Source of the DNA: Eledone cirrhosa
Lineage: Eukaryota
Length of the DNA stretch: 64,000 nucleotides
Assembly: GCA_964016885.1 (NCBI GenBank)
Contig: OZ024750.1
Location: 37,510,001 to 37,574,000 of the forward strand
Direction of reading: 5' to 3'
A model generated the notes under the pieces. That model worked only from the letters and a program-made list of their open reading frames with translations. It was not told the DNA's origin and did no database searches. Shown in pieces: positions 30,001-45,094 of the stretch; position 1 is the first letter of the stretch, and the number at the start of each line of letters is the position of its first letter. A program made the translations under genes and the position numbers.

Positions 30001-33000
30001 CTTCGGATTTCTAAAATTGATTTTTTTAGGTTTTACACAGTATTTGGAAAAAATGCGTTTATATATTGTTTCGACACGTTGAAAAATTTTTTAAAAATAC
30101 AAAATATATATCAATTTTCGAAATCAGAAAGTATATATTTCGAAAGAAAAAAAATCAATCTTTTTTGAAAAAAAACAATTTTTCGAAATACTGTGTAAAA
30201 TGATCAATTTGTGAAAAACCTAAAATAATCAATTTTTTTATACCTTTCGAAATATTTTCTTCTGATTTCTAAAATTGATTTTTTTTAGGTTTTTCACAAA
30301 TTGATCATTTTACACAGTATTTGGAAAAAATGCGTTTATACATTATGTTTCGAAACGTTGAATAATTTTTTAAAAATACAAAATATATATCAATTTTCGA
30401 AATCAGAAAGTATATATTTCGAAAGAAATAAAATCAATCTTTTTTGAAAAAAAACAATTTTTCGAAATACTGTGTAAAATGATCAATTTGTGAAAAACCT
30501 AAAATAATAAATTTTTTTATACTTTTCGAAATATTTACTTCTGATTTCTAAAATTGATTTTTTTAGGTTTTTCACAAATTGATCATTTTACACAGTATTT
30601 GGAAAAAATGTTTTCTTTCAAAAAAATGCGTTTATACATTGTGTTTCGACACGTTGAAAAATATTTGAAAAATACAAAATATATATCAATTTTCGAAATA
30701 AGAAAGTATATATTTCGAAAGAAAAGAAAATCAATCTTTTTTGAAAAAAAACAATTATTCGAAATACTGTGTAAAATGATCAATTTGTGAAAAACCTAAA
30801 ATAATCAATTCGTTTATACTTTTCGAAATATTTACTTCTGATTTCTAAAATTGATTTTTTTAGGTTTTTCACAAATTGATCATTTTACACAGTATTTGGA
30901 AAAATTGCGTTTATACATTGTTTCGACACGTTGAAAAAATTTGAAAAATTAAAAATATATATCAATTTTCGAAATCAGAAAGTATATATTTCGAAAGAAA
31001 AAAAATCAATCTTTTTTGAAAAAAAACAATTTTTCGAAATACTGTGTAAAATGATCAATTTGTGAAAAACCTAAAATAATCAATTTTTTTATACTTTTCG
31101 AAATATTTACTTCGGATTTCTAAAATTGATTTTTTTAGGTTTTACACAGTATTTGGAAAAAATGCGTTTATACATTGTTTCGACACGTTGAAAAATTTTT
31201 TAAAAATACAAAATATATATCAATTTTCGAAATCAGAAAGTATATATTTCGAAAGAAAAAATATCAATCTTTTTTGAAAAAAAACAATTTTTCGAAATAC
31301 TGTGTAAAATGATCAATTTGTGAAAAACCTAAAATAATCAATTTTTTTATACTTTTCAAAATATTTACTTCTGATTTCTAAAATTGATTTTTTTAGGTTT
31401 TCCACAAATTGATCATTTTACACAGTATTTGGAAAAAATGCGTTTATACATTGTTTCGACACGTTGAAAAATTTTTTAAAAATACAAAATATATATCAAT
31501 TTTCGAAATCAGAAAGTATATATTTCGAAAGAAAAAAAATCAATCTTTTTTGAAAAAAAACAATTATACGAAATACTGTGTAAAATGATCAATTTGTGAA
31601 AAACCTAAAATAATCAATTCGTTTATACTTTTCGAAATATTTACTTCTGATTTCTAAAATTGATTTTTTTAGGTTTTTCACAAATTGATCATTTTACACA
31701 GTATTTCGAAAAATTGTTTTTTTTCAAAAAAATGCGTTTATACATTGTTTCGACACGTTGAAAAATATTTGAAAAATTCAAAATATATATCAATTTTCGA
31801 AATTAGAAAGTATATATTTCGAAAGAAAAAAAATCAATCTTTTTTGAAAAAAAACAATTTTTCGAAATACTGTGTAAAATGATCAATTTGTGAAAAACCT
31901 ATAATAATCAATTTTTTTATACTTTTCGAAATATTTACTTCTGATTTCTAAAATTGATTTTTTTAGGTTTTTCACAAATTGATCATTTTACACAGTATTT
32001 GGAAAAAACGTTTTTTTTTAAAAAAATTGCGTTTATACATTGCGTTTCGACACGTTGAAAAATATTTGAAAAATACAAAATATATATCAATTTTCGAAAT
32101 CAGAAAATATATATTTCGAAAGAAAAAAAATCAATCTCTTTTGAAAAAAAACAATTTTTCGAAATACTGTGTAAAATGATCAATTTGTGAAAAACCTAAA
32201 ATAATCAATTTTTTTATACTTTTTGAAATATGTACTTCTGATTTCTAAAATTGATTTTTTTAGGTTTTTCACAAATTGAACATTTTACACAGTATTTGGA
32301 AAAAATGCGTTTGTACATTATGTTTCGACACGTTGAAAAATATTTGAAAAATTAAAAATATATATCAATTTTCGAAATCAGAAAGTATATATTTCGAAAG
32401 AAAAAAAATCAATCTTTTTTGAAAAAAAACAATTATACGAAATACTGTGTAAAATGATCAATTTGTGAAAAACCTAAAATAATCAATTCGTTTATACTTT
32501 TCGAAATATTTACTTCTGATTTCTAAAATTGATTTTTTTAGGTTTTTCACAAATTGATCATTTTACACAGTATTTGGAAAAATTGCGTTTATACCTTGTT
32601 TCGACACGTTGAAAAATATTTGAAAAATTAAAAATATATATCAATTTTCGAAATCAGAAAGTATATATTTCGAAAGAAAAAAAATCAATCTTTTTTGAAA
32701 AAAAACAATTTTTCGAAATACTGTGTAAAATGATCAATTTGTGAAAAACCTAAAATAATCAATTTTTTTATACCTTTCGAAATATTTACATCTGTTTTCT
32801 AAAATTGATTTTTTTTAGGTTTTTCACAAATTGATCATTTTACACAGTATTTGGAAAAAATGCGTTTATACATTATGTTTCGACACGTTGAAAAATTTTT
32901 GAAAAATACAAAATATATATCAATTTTCGAAATCAGAAAGTATGTATTTCGAAAGAAAAAAAATCAATCTTTTTTGAAAAAAAACAATTTTTCGAAACAC

Positions 33001-36000
33001 TGTGTAAAATGATCAATTTGTGAAAAACCTAAAATAATCAATTTTTTAATACTTTTCGAAATATTTACTTCTGATTTCTAAAATTGATTTTTTTTAGGTT
33101 TTTCACATATTGATCATTTTACACAGTATTTGGAAAAAATTCGTTTATACATTGTTTCGACACGTTGAAAAATTTTTTAAAAATACAAAATATATATCAA
33201 TTTTCGAAATCAGAAAGTATGTATTTCGAAAGAAAAAAAATCAATCTTTTTTGAAAAAAAACAATTTTTCGAAATACTGTAAAATGATCAATTTGTGAAA
33301 AACCTAAAATAATAAATTTTTTTATACTTTTCGAAATATTTACTTCTGATTTCTAAAATTGATTTTTTTAGGTTTTTCACAAATTGATCATTTTACACAG
33401 TATTTCGAAAAATTGTTTTTTTTCAAAAAAATGCGTTTGTACATTGTGTTTCGACACGTTGAAAAATATTTGAAAAATTAAAAATATATATCAATTTTCG
33501 AAATCAGAAAGTATATATTTCGAAAGAAAAAAAATCAATCTTTTTTGAAAAAAAACAATTATACGAAATACTGTGTAAAATGATCAATTTGTGAAAAACC
33601 TAAAATAATCAATTCGTTTATACTTTTCGAAATATTTACTTCTGATTTCTAAAATTGATTTTTTTAGGTTTTTCACAAATTGATCATTTTACACAGTATT
33701 TGGAAAAATTGCGTTTATACATTGTTTCGACACGTTGAAAAATATTTGAAAAATTAAAAATATATATCAATTTTCGAAATCAGAAAGTATATATTTCGAA
33801 AGAAAAAAAATCAATCTTTTTTGAAAAAAAACAATTTTTCGAAATACTGTGTAAAATGATCAATTTGTGAAAAACCTAAAATAATCAATTTTTTTATACT
33901 TTTCGAAATATTTACTTCGGATTTCTAAAATTGATTTTTTTAGGTTTTACACAGTATTTGGAAAAAATGCGTTTATACATTGTTTCGACACGTTGAAAAA
34001 TTTTTTAAAAATACAAAATATATATCAATTTTCGAAATCAGAAAGTATATATTTCGAAAGAAAAAATATCAATCTTTTTTGAAAAAAAACAATTTTTCGA
34101 AATACTGTGTAAAATGATCAATTTGTGAAAAACCTAAAATAATCAATTTTTTTATACTTTTCAAAATATTTACTTCTGATTTCTAAAATTGATTTTTTTA
34201 GGTTTTCCACAAATTGATCATTTTACACAGTATTTGGAAAAAATGCGTTTATACATTGTTTCGACACGTTGAAAAATTTTTTAAAAATACAAAATATATA
34301 TCAATTTTCGAAATCAGAAAGTATATATTTCGAAAGAAAAAAAATCAATCTTTTTTGAAAAAAAACAATTATACGAAATACTGTGTAAAATTATCAATTT
34401 GTGAAAAACCTAAAATAATCAATTCGTTTATACTTTTCGAAATATTTACTTCTGATTTCTAAAATTGATTTTTTTAGGTTTTTCACAAATTGATCATTTT
34501 ACACAGTATTTCGAAAAATTGTTTTTTTTCAAAAAAATGCGTTTATACATTGTTTCGACACGTTGAAAAATATTTGAAAAATTCAAAATATATATCAATT
34601 TTCGAAATCAGAAAGTATATATTTCGAAAGAAAAAAAATCAATCTTTTTTGAAAAAAAACAATTTTTCGAAATACTGTGTAAAATGATCAATTTGTGAAA
34701 AACCTATAATAATCAATTTTTTTATACTTTTCGAAATATTTACTTCGGATTTCTAAAATTGATTTTTTTAGGTTTTACACAGTATTTGGAAAAAATGCGT
34801 TTATATATTGTTTCGACACGTTGAAAAATTTTTTAAAAATACAAAATATATATCAATTTTCGAAATCAGAAAGTATATATTTCGAAAGAAAAAAAATCAA
34901 TCTTTTTTGAAAAAAAACAATTTTTCGAAATACTGTGTAAAATGATCAATTTGTGAAAAACCTAAAATAATCAATTTTTTTATACCTTTCGAAATATTTA
35001 CTTCTGATTTCTAAAATTGATTTTTTTTAGGTTTTTCACAAATTGATCATTTTACACAGTATTTGGAAAAAATGCGTTTATACATTATGTTTCGAAACGT
35101 TGAATAATTTTTTAAAAATACAAAATATATATCAATTTTCGAAATCAGAAAGTATATATTTCGAAAGAAATAAAATCAATCTTTTTTGAAAAAAAACAAT
35201 TTTTCGAAATACTGTGTAAAATGATCAATTTGTGAAAAACCTAAAATAATAAATTTTTTTATACTTTTCGAAATATTTACTTCTGATTTCTAAAATTGAT
35301 TTTTTTAGGTTTTTCACAAATTGATCATTTTACACAGTATTTCGAAAAATCGTTTTTTTTTAAAAAAAATGCGTTTATACATTGTGTTTCGACACGTTGA
35401 AAAATATTTGAAAAATACAAAATATATATCAATTTTCGAAATAAGAAAGTATATATTTCGAAAGAAAAAAAAATCAATCTTTTTTGAAAAAAAACAATTT
35501 TTCGAAATACTGTGTAAAATGATCAATTTGTGAAAAACCTAAAATAATCAATTTTTTTATACCTTTCGAAATATTTACTTCTGATTTCTAAAATTGATTT
35601 TTTTTAGGTTTTTCACAAATTGATCATTTTACACAGTATTTGGAAAAAATGCGTTTATACATTATGTTTCGAAACGTTGAATAATTTTTTAAAAATACAA
35701 AATATATATCAATTTTCGAAATCAGAAAGTATATATTTCGAAAGAAATAAAATCAATCTTTTTTGAAAAAAAACAATTTTTCGAAATACTGTGTAAAATG
35801 ATCAATTTGGGAAAAACCTAAAATAATAAATTTTTTTATACTTTTCGAAATATTTACTTCTGATTTCTAAAATTGATTTTTTTAGGTTTTTCACAAATTG
35901 ATCATTTTACACAGTATTTGGAAAAAATGTTTTCTTTCAAAAAAATGCGTTTATACATTGTGTTTCGACACGTTGAAAAATATTTGAAAAATACAAAATA

Positions 36001-39000
36001 TATATCAATTTTCGAAATAAGAAAGTATATATTTCGAAAGAAAAAAAAATCAATCTTTTTTGAAAAAAAACAATTATTCGAAATACTGTGTAAAATGATC
36101 AATTTGTGAAAAACCTAAAATAATCAATTCGTTTATACTTTTCGAAATATTTACTTCTGATTTCTAAAATTGATTTTTTTAGGTTTTTCACAAATTGATC
36201 ATTTTACACAGTATTTGGAAAAAACGTTTTTTTTCAAAAAAATTGCGTTTATACATTGCGTTTCGACACGTTGAAAAATATTTGAAAAATACAAAATATA
36301 TATCAATTTTCGAAATCAGAAAATATATATTTCGAAAGAAAAAAAATCAATCTTTTTTGAAAAAAAACAATTTTTCGAAATACTGTGTAAAATGATCAAT
36401 TTGTGAAAAACCTAAAATAATCAATTTTTTTATACTTTTCGAAATATGTACTTCTGATTTCTAAAATTGATTTTTTTAGGTTTTTCACAAATTGAACATT
36501 TTACACAGTATTTGGAAAAAATGCGTTTGTACATTATGTTTCGACACGTTGAAAAATATTTGAAAAATTAAAAATATATATCAATTTTCGAAATCAGAAA
36601 GTATATATTTCGAAAGAAAAAAAATCAATCTTTTTTGAAAAAAAACAATTATACGAAATACTGTGTAAAATGATCAATTTGTGAAAAACCTAAAATAATC
36701 AATTCGTTTATACTTTTCGAAATATTTACTTCTGATTTCTAAAATTGATTTTTTTAGGTTTTTCACAAATTGATCATTTTACACAGTATTTGGAAAAATT
36801 GCGTTTATACATTGTTTCGACACGTTGAAAAATATTTGAAAAATTAAAAATATATATCAATTTTCGAAATCAGAAAGTATATATTTCGAAAGAAAAAAAA
36901 TCAATCTTTTTTGAAAAAAAACAATTTTTCGAAATACTGTGTAAAATGATCAATTTGTGAAAAACCTAAAATAATCAATTTTTTTATACTTTTCGAAATA
37001 TTTACTTCGGATTTCTAAAATTGATTTTTTTAGGTTTTACACAGTATTTGGAAAAAATGCGTTTATACATTGTTTCGACACGTTGAAAAATTTTTTAAAA
37101 ATACAAAATATATATCAATTTTCGAAATCAGAAAGTATATATTTCGAAAGAAAAAATATCAATCTTTTTTGAAAAAAAACAATTTTTCGAAATACTGTGT
37201 AAAATGATCAATTTGTGAAAAACCTAAAATAATCAATTTTTTTATACTTTTCAAAATATTTACTTCTGATTTCTAAAATTGATTTTTTTAGGTTTTCCAC
37301 AAATTGATCATTTTACACAGTATTTGGAAAAAATGCGTTTATACATTGTTTCGACACGTTGAAAAATTTTTTAAAAATACAAAATATATATCAATTTTCG
37401 AAATCAGAAAGTATATATTTCGAAAGAAAAAAAATCAATCTTTTTTGAAAAAAAACAATTATACGAAATACTGTGTAAAATGATCAATTTGTGAAAAACC
37501 TAAAATAATCAATTCGTTTATACTTTTCGAAATATTTACTTCTGATTTCTAAAATTGATTTTTTTAGGTTTTTCACAAATTGATCATTTTACACAGTATT
37601 TCGAAAAATTGTTTTTTTTCAAAAAAATGCGTTTATACATTGTTTCGACACGTTGAAAAATATTTGAAAAATTCAAAATATATATCAATTTTCGAAATCA
37701 GAAAGTATATATTTCGAAAGAAAAAAAATCAATCTTTTTTGAAAAAAAACAATTTTTCGAAATACTGTGTAAAATGATCAATTTGTGAAAAACCTATAAT
37801 AATCAATTTTTTTATACTTTTCGAAATATTTACTTCGGATTTCTAAAATTGATTTTTTTAGGTTTTACACAGTATTTGGAAAAAATGCGTTTATATATTG
37901 TTTCGACACGTTGAAAAATTTTTTAAAAATACAAAATATATATCAATTTTCGAAATCAGAAAGTATATATTTCGAAAGAAAAAAAATCAATCTTTTTTGA
38001 AAAAAAACAATTTTTCGAAATACTGTGTAAAATGATCAATTTGTGAAAAACCTAAAATAATCAATTTTTTTATACCTTTCGAAATATTTACTTCTGATTT
38101 CTAAAATTGATTTTTTTTAGGTTTTTCACAAATTGATCATTTTACACAGTATTTGGAAAAAATGCGTTTATACATTATGTTTCGAAACGTTGAATAATTT
38201 TTTAAAAATACAAAATATATATCAATTTTCGAAATCAGAAAGTATATATTTCGAAAGAAATAAAATCAATCTTTTTTGAAAAAAAACAATTTTTCGAAAT
38301 ACTGTGTAAAATGATCAATTTGTGAAAAACCTAAAATAATAAATTTTTTTATACTTTTCGAAATATTTACTTCTGATTTCTAAAATTGATTTTTTTAGGT
38401 TTTTCACAAATTGATCATTTTACACAGTATTTGGAAAAAATGTTTTCTTTCAAAAAAATGCGTTTATACATTGTGTTTCGACACGTTGAAAAATATTTGA
38501 AAAATACAAAATATATATCAATTTTCGAAATAAGAAAGTATATATTTCGAAAGAAAAAAAAAATCAATCTTTTTTGAAAAAAAACAATTATTCGAAATAC
38601 TGTGTAAAATGATCAATTTGTGAAAAACCTAAAATAATCAATTCGTTTATACTTTTCGAAATATTTACTTCTGATTTCTAAAATTGATTTTTTTAGGTTT
38701 TTCACAAATTGATCATTTTACACAGTATTTGGAAAAAACGTTTTTTTTCAAAAAAATTGCGTTTATACATTGCGTTTCGACACGTTGAAAAATATTTGAA
38801 AAATACAAAATATATATCAATTTTCGAAATCAGAAAATATATATTTCGAAAGAAAAAAAATCAATCTTTTTTGAAAAAAAACAATTTTTCGAAATACTGT
38901 GTAAAATGATCAATTTGTGAAAAACCTAAAATAATCAATTTTTTTATACTTTTCGAAATATGTACTTCTGATTTCTAAAATTGATTTTTTTAGGTTTTTC

Positions 39001-39231
39001 ACAAATTGAACATTTTACACAGTATTTGGAAAAAATGCGTTTGTACATTATGTTTCGACACGTTGAAAAATTTTTGAAAAATACAAAATATATATCACCT
39101 TTCGAAATCAGAAAGTATATATTTCGAAAGAAAAAAAATCAATCTTTTTTGAAAAAAAAAAATTTTTCGAAATACTGTGTAAAATGATCTTTGTGAAAAA
39201 CCTAAAATAATCAATTTTTTTATACTTTTCG
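1..39231. repeat. AT-rich tandem satellite DNA, monomer ~265-295 bp (commonly ~283 bp), ~140 copies, open at the window start
   Basis: The unit ttttaggtttttcacaaattgatcattttacacagtattt...tttcgacacgttgaaaaa...gaaatactgtgtaaaatgatcaatttgtgaaaaacctaaaa...ttctgatttctaaaattga recurs continuously. Near-identical spurious ORFs recur at 283-bp spacing (316/599, 3952/4235, 9841/10124). The array ends abruptly at ...tatacttttcg|tagggtgcc. Confidence 0.98.
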
Positions 39232-39704
39232 TAGGGTGCCACAAATGAATATTATAGACGATGAGCGAGGATTCTAAATTAATGATCTCTGTGGTTGTAG
39301 TCTACTCATAGGACCAGGCGCGGTGATTGCAGAATCACTTCAAGACACAATGATCTCTGGTAAGTTCTGGGTCATCGCTTGCTACATTGGATGTCGAAAG
39401 ATAATCATCACCAGGTCCGGCCAGAGGTCAATCCGCAGTCCTCACGACCCCTCTCAGACCGCCAAATAATCCATATATGTACAACCCGCACGCCAGTTGC
39501 AATACATTCATTCTCTGCGCTCAGCGTCCTGGTCCTACTGCTCAACAGCATTACTAGATTAAATCGTTTTTCATCTGTCTAAGGAAGGCACTTCCTCCGC
39601 ACAACACTACCAAACCAATCAATTCATGCTCAAATTACCTATAGAGTGGTGTAGTGCAGTTCAAGTGGGTGGATGTTGTCACACCTGACGTAGAGGTATA
39701 CTAT
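39232..39704. other. Unique, more GC-balanced segment between the satellite and the (TA)n domain; origin unknown
   Basis: Non-repetitive within the window and has no convincing ORF. It contains a short inverted pair taggaccagg (~39309) / cctggtccta (~39528). Confidence 0.5.
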
Positions 39705-40244
<540 letters not shown>

Positions 40245-40408
40245 TGTTATACTTTGGGAGGGTCATGTTGCCAATAAGAAACACACGCACCAGTTGCTTT
40301 CACTTCAATTTATTATATATTTATCAATTTATAAATTTACAAATTTATAAACCTATAAATTTCTGGTTTGTTGGTTGGTTCCACAACCAGATAGTTGTTT
40401 ATATATAT

Positions 40409-40453
40409 AGTCATAGTCCTTTCGTCACACACTCTTTGACCTCTTCAGTGACT
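40409..40453 (-). ncRNA. Minimal type I hammerhead ribozyme (left pLTR arm)
   Basis: Minus strand reads agtca-CTGAAGA-g-gtcaaagagtgtgtgac-GAAA-ggac-TA-tgact. Stem I is agtca/tgact, stem II is gtca/tgac, and stem III is very short. Confidence 0.7.
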
Positions 40454-40745
40454 GGGGATTCCTTTCTTCGTTTCTGTGCCTTTCCTTTCTTCTATCCTAC
40501 GCCATTTTGTTTCTGTGTGTGTGTTGTGTGCTCAGTTTGCGCATGCGTCACATCCGGGTGTCTGTGTGTGTTTGTGTTCATTTTTCTATTTTTCTATTTA
40601 TATTTTTCTATTTGTTTATTTATTTATTTATTTAATGTTGGTTGGTTGTTTGTTCTATGTGTGTGTGTGTGTTTTCATTTTGTCCTGTGTGTGTTTTCAA
40701 TTGTAAATTGTTTGTTCTATGTGTGTGTGTGTTTTCATTTTGTCC

Positions 40746-40838
40746 TTAATTGTAAGTTGTGATGTTGCTGTTCCACTCATATTTTCTATTTAATTTTGGT
40801 TTTAATTCTTTTATGCTTACTGCCTCTGTAATTTGCCT
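40746..40838 (-). pseudogene. C-terminal fragment of a Penelope-type GIY-YIG endonuclease
   Basis: Translation [30 protein letters not shown], from the end of track ORF 40746..41045. Confidence 0.65.
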
Positions 40839-41067
40839 AAACATTAAATAAATAAATAAATAAATAAATAGAAAAATATAAATAGAAAAATATAAATAGA
40901 AAAATATAAATAGAAAAATATAAATAGAAAAATAGAAAAATGAACACAAACACACACAGACACCCGGATGTGGCGCATGCGCAAACTGAGCACACAACAC
41001 ACACACAGAAACAAAATGGCGTAGGATAGAAGAAAGGAAAGGCACAGAAACGAAGAAAGGAATCCCC

Positions 41068-41112
41068 AGTCACTGAAGAGGTCACAGAGTGTGTGACGAA
41101 AGGACTATGACT
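41068..41112 (+). ncRNA. Minimal type I hammerhead ribozyme (right pLTR arm)
   Basis: agtca-CTGAAGA-g-gtcaca gagtg tgtgac-GAAA-ggac-TA-tgact, with a 6-bp stem II and a 5-bp stem I. Confidence 0.75.
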
Positions 41113-41334
41113 ATATATATAAACAACTATCTGGTTGTGGAACCAACCAACAAACCAGAAATTTATAGGTTTATAAATTTGTAAATTTATAAATTGATAA
41201 ATATATAATAAATTGAAGTGAAAGCAACTGGTGCGTGTGTTTCTTATTGGCAACATGACCCTCCCAAAGTATAACAATATCGGTTTCAACACACGATTTC
41301 AGATAAAGAATCTTGCTAAACAAATTCAGAAACG

Positions 41335-41337
<3 letters not shown>

Positions 41338-41375
<38 letters not shown>

Positions 41376-41545
41376 TATATGTACATATATATATGTACAC
41401 ATATATATATGTACATATATATATATATGTACATATATATATATATGTACATATATATATATATGTACATATATATATATATATATATAACTAGTATTGA
41501 GTACCTTACTTACTGTGGTTATCCCTGACTCAACCCGGGACCTAC

Positions 41546-41639
<94 letters not shown>

Positions 41640-41739
41640 GTAGGTCCCGGGTTGAGTCGGGGATAACCACAGTAAGTAAGGTACTCAATACTAGTTATAT
41701 ATATATATATATATATGCATATATATATATATGTATATA

Positions 41740-41796
<57 letters not shown>
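41338..41796. repeat. (TA)n tract containing two inverted copies of a ~58-bp non-microsatellite stub (41489-41547 and 41637-41696)
   Basis: aactagtattgagtaccttacttactgtggttatccc(t/c)gactcaacccgggacctacgta and its reverse complement. A third copy lies at 58187-58246. Confidence 0.85.
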
Positions 41797-43076
<1,280 letters not shown>

Positions 43077-43635
43077 GGTGGCTGCCAACTCGTTTTCGAG
43101 TACGGCCACTACTTTATATCCATGTAGGAGAACCCCTACCGATGCGCTGAACGAGTGTGACTTTTTAGTCCAGCCAGTGACTTGAAAACTCTGGTACAAA
43201 CACGACATCTGTGACAATTATTGACACATAGGGCTTTGCCTTTGGTACCATGTGACGACAAGTGCAGAGAGATCTCCAGATATAAAGCAATGCCTGTGCC
43301 GTGAAACTCTTATAGTGAGCAAAGTCACTGCACAAAGCCAGTCCCACTCTCTTAACCAAGATGATATTTACCAAAAAGAAGAACAAGTCAACATCATTGG
43401 ACACCATCAGGGTTGCAGGTGTTATATCAGAGTTTTCATTCTCCTAGAATTCTGCCTTGAGAAAGGCTAAGGGGTCATCTCTCCCAGTGATTTTGGATGG
43501 CCATTGACTCTTAAGAGCTCCTTTGCCCTTTGACGGGTTTTGTTTTTATTCCTACAGGATGTCCAAAGTCACCCTCCTCACCAAGAAAAGTTGGTGGAGT
43601 TGCCAGTTTAGTCGCCAACGACCCGACCATGACCA
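43077..43635. mobile_element. Non-coding interspersed element in (TA)n, possibly RTE-related or SINE-like
   Basis: Bounded by (TA)n on both sides, and its first 100 bp recur at 63900-64000. The minus-strand motif ggcagaattctaggagaatgaaaactctg resembles RTE-clade 5'UTR motifs (from recall, unverified). Confidence 0.45.
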
Positions 43636-43792
<157 letters not shown>

Positions 43793-44487
43793 CTGATGAA
43801 GGACTCACTTTTTTATATGTAACCCATTTGCAACGCCGCAGCTCCATTATTATCATATTTACACATATTTTTTCCTCTGCTGCCACCCGTCTGTTTCTCT
43901 CTTTGTATCTTTACCCTTTCTAGCAGTCTCTCTCTCTGTTAGCCTCTTCCTCAACTTTCACTCACTCATACCCTGTCACTACCTCTCCTCCACTCCTCTT
44001 TCTTCCCGCTTGACCTGTCCGATTTCTTTTCTCGTGCACTCTTGGCCAAGCCGGTATGAAAATTTTTTTTCTCTCTCTCTCTCGTCTGCGTCTTCACAGA
44101 ACTTATGTTTACCGAATTCGCAGACCAGACCCCTTCTTCTTCCTCCCGTTAGACCTGTGCGAAATTCCTTCCTTGCTCACATTTCAACCAGGTCTGATGG
44201 TCTTTATTCTATAGTTCACGATTTTATCGAGTTTATATTCATAGAAATCTGGGACTTGTCTCTTTCCTCTCACTTTCTGTTGCTTAAACCATTTTGTTTG
44301 TTCACCCTAACGTTCTCTTTATTTACGTGTCACAACGACTTTTTTTAGCCGTTGTTCGCACCAACCTGAAGTATATGGCCCTTAAAGCGATGAAATGCCT
44401 GGGACGGTTGGAGGGTCACTGATGAAGGACTCACTTTTTTATATGTAACCCATTTGCAACGCCGCAGCTCCATTATTATCATATTTA
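43793..44487 (+). mobile_element. Non-coding element with 69-bp terminal direct repeats (626-bp unit), pLTR/retrozyme-like
   Basis: ctgatgaaggactcac...atcatattta is identical at 43793-43861 and 44419-44487. The interior is pyrimidine-rich and (TA)n flanks both ends. Confidence 0.65.
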
Positions 44488-44537
44488 TACATACATATAT
44501 ATATATATGTACATACATATATATATATGTACATATA

Positions 44538-44743
44538 TTACTATTTTACTCTTTTACCTGTTTCAGACATCCGGCTGAGGCCATGCTGGGGCACCGCCCT
44601 TGTTGCTACACATTTTATCTCCAGCCTGTATAGGTTGGCCACTGGTGTAGGAGGGAGTTTGTTGCTGCTGCTCTTAGGTTTCCCTCATGTCTTGCTGTGG
44701 GCTCATCCGGAATCCTGGATAACAAGGTGTCGAGATGTTTCTT
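44538..44743 (-). mobile_element. 3' terminal fragment of a second CR1/L2-group LINE family
   Basis: Minus-strand translation [34 protein letters not shown] parallels the C-terminus of the intact LINE ([31 protein letters not shown]). It is followed by a ggcggtgccccagcatggcc...gaaacaggtaaaagagtaaaa tail. Confidence 0.75.
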
Positions 44744-44920
<177 letters not shown>

Positions 44921-45094
44921 ATAGTAGTGTCCAATCCGTATGAAGAACGCAATGTAATCCGGATATCATGGAAAGAAGATATGCATTCAAAAATGACTTT
45001 CGGTGAAAGATAAACGGAATACAGAGTCAAGATAAAATATAAAAAAAATATTGAATAAAACAATGAAACAGTTCCTTATATTAAACAAAAAAAG

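Noticed and set aside
316-39187. Dozens of 60-80 aa K/F/I-rich ORFs (MIILH..., MIFLGF...)
   Set aside because: They are translations of satellite monomers, mostly with TTG starts. Frames change with homopolymer indels and no protein motifs are present.
1-39231. CRISPR-like array (palindromic repeats with variable intervals)
   Set aside because: The intervening sequences are homologous variants, not unique spacers. The unit is ~283 bp, there are no cas genes, and the context is eukaryotic.
43520-43635. Possible HDV-like ribozyme at the end of the RTE-like element
   Set aside because: I could not assemble a consistent P1/P1.1/P2/P3/P4 fold by eye; it needs a covariance-model search.
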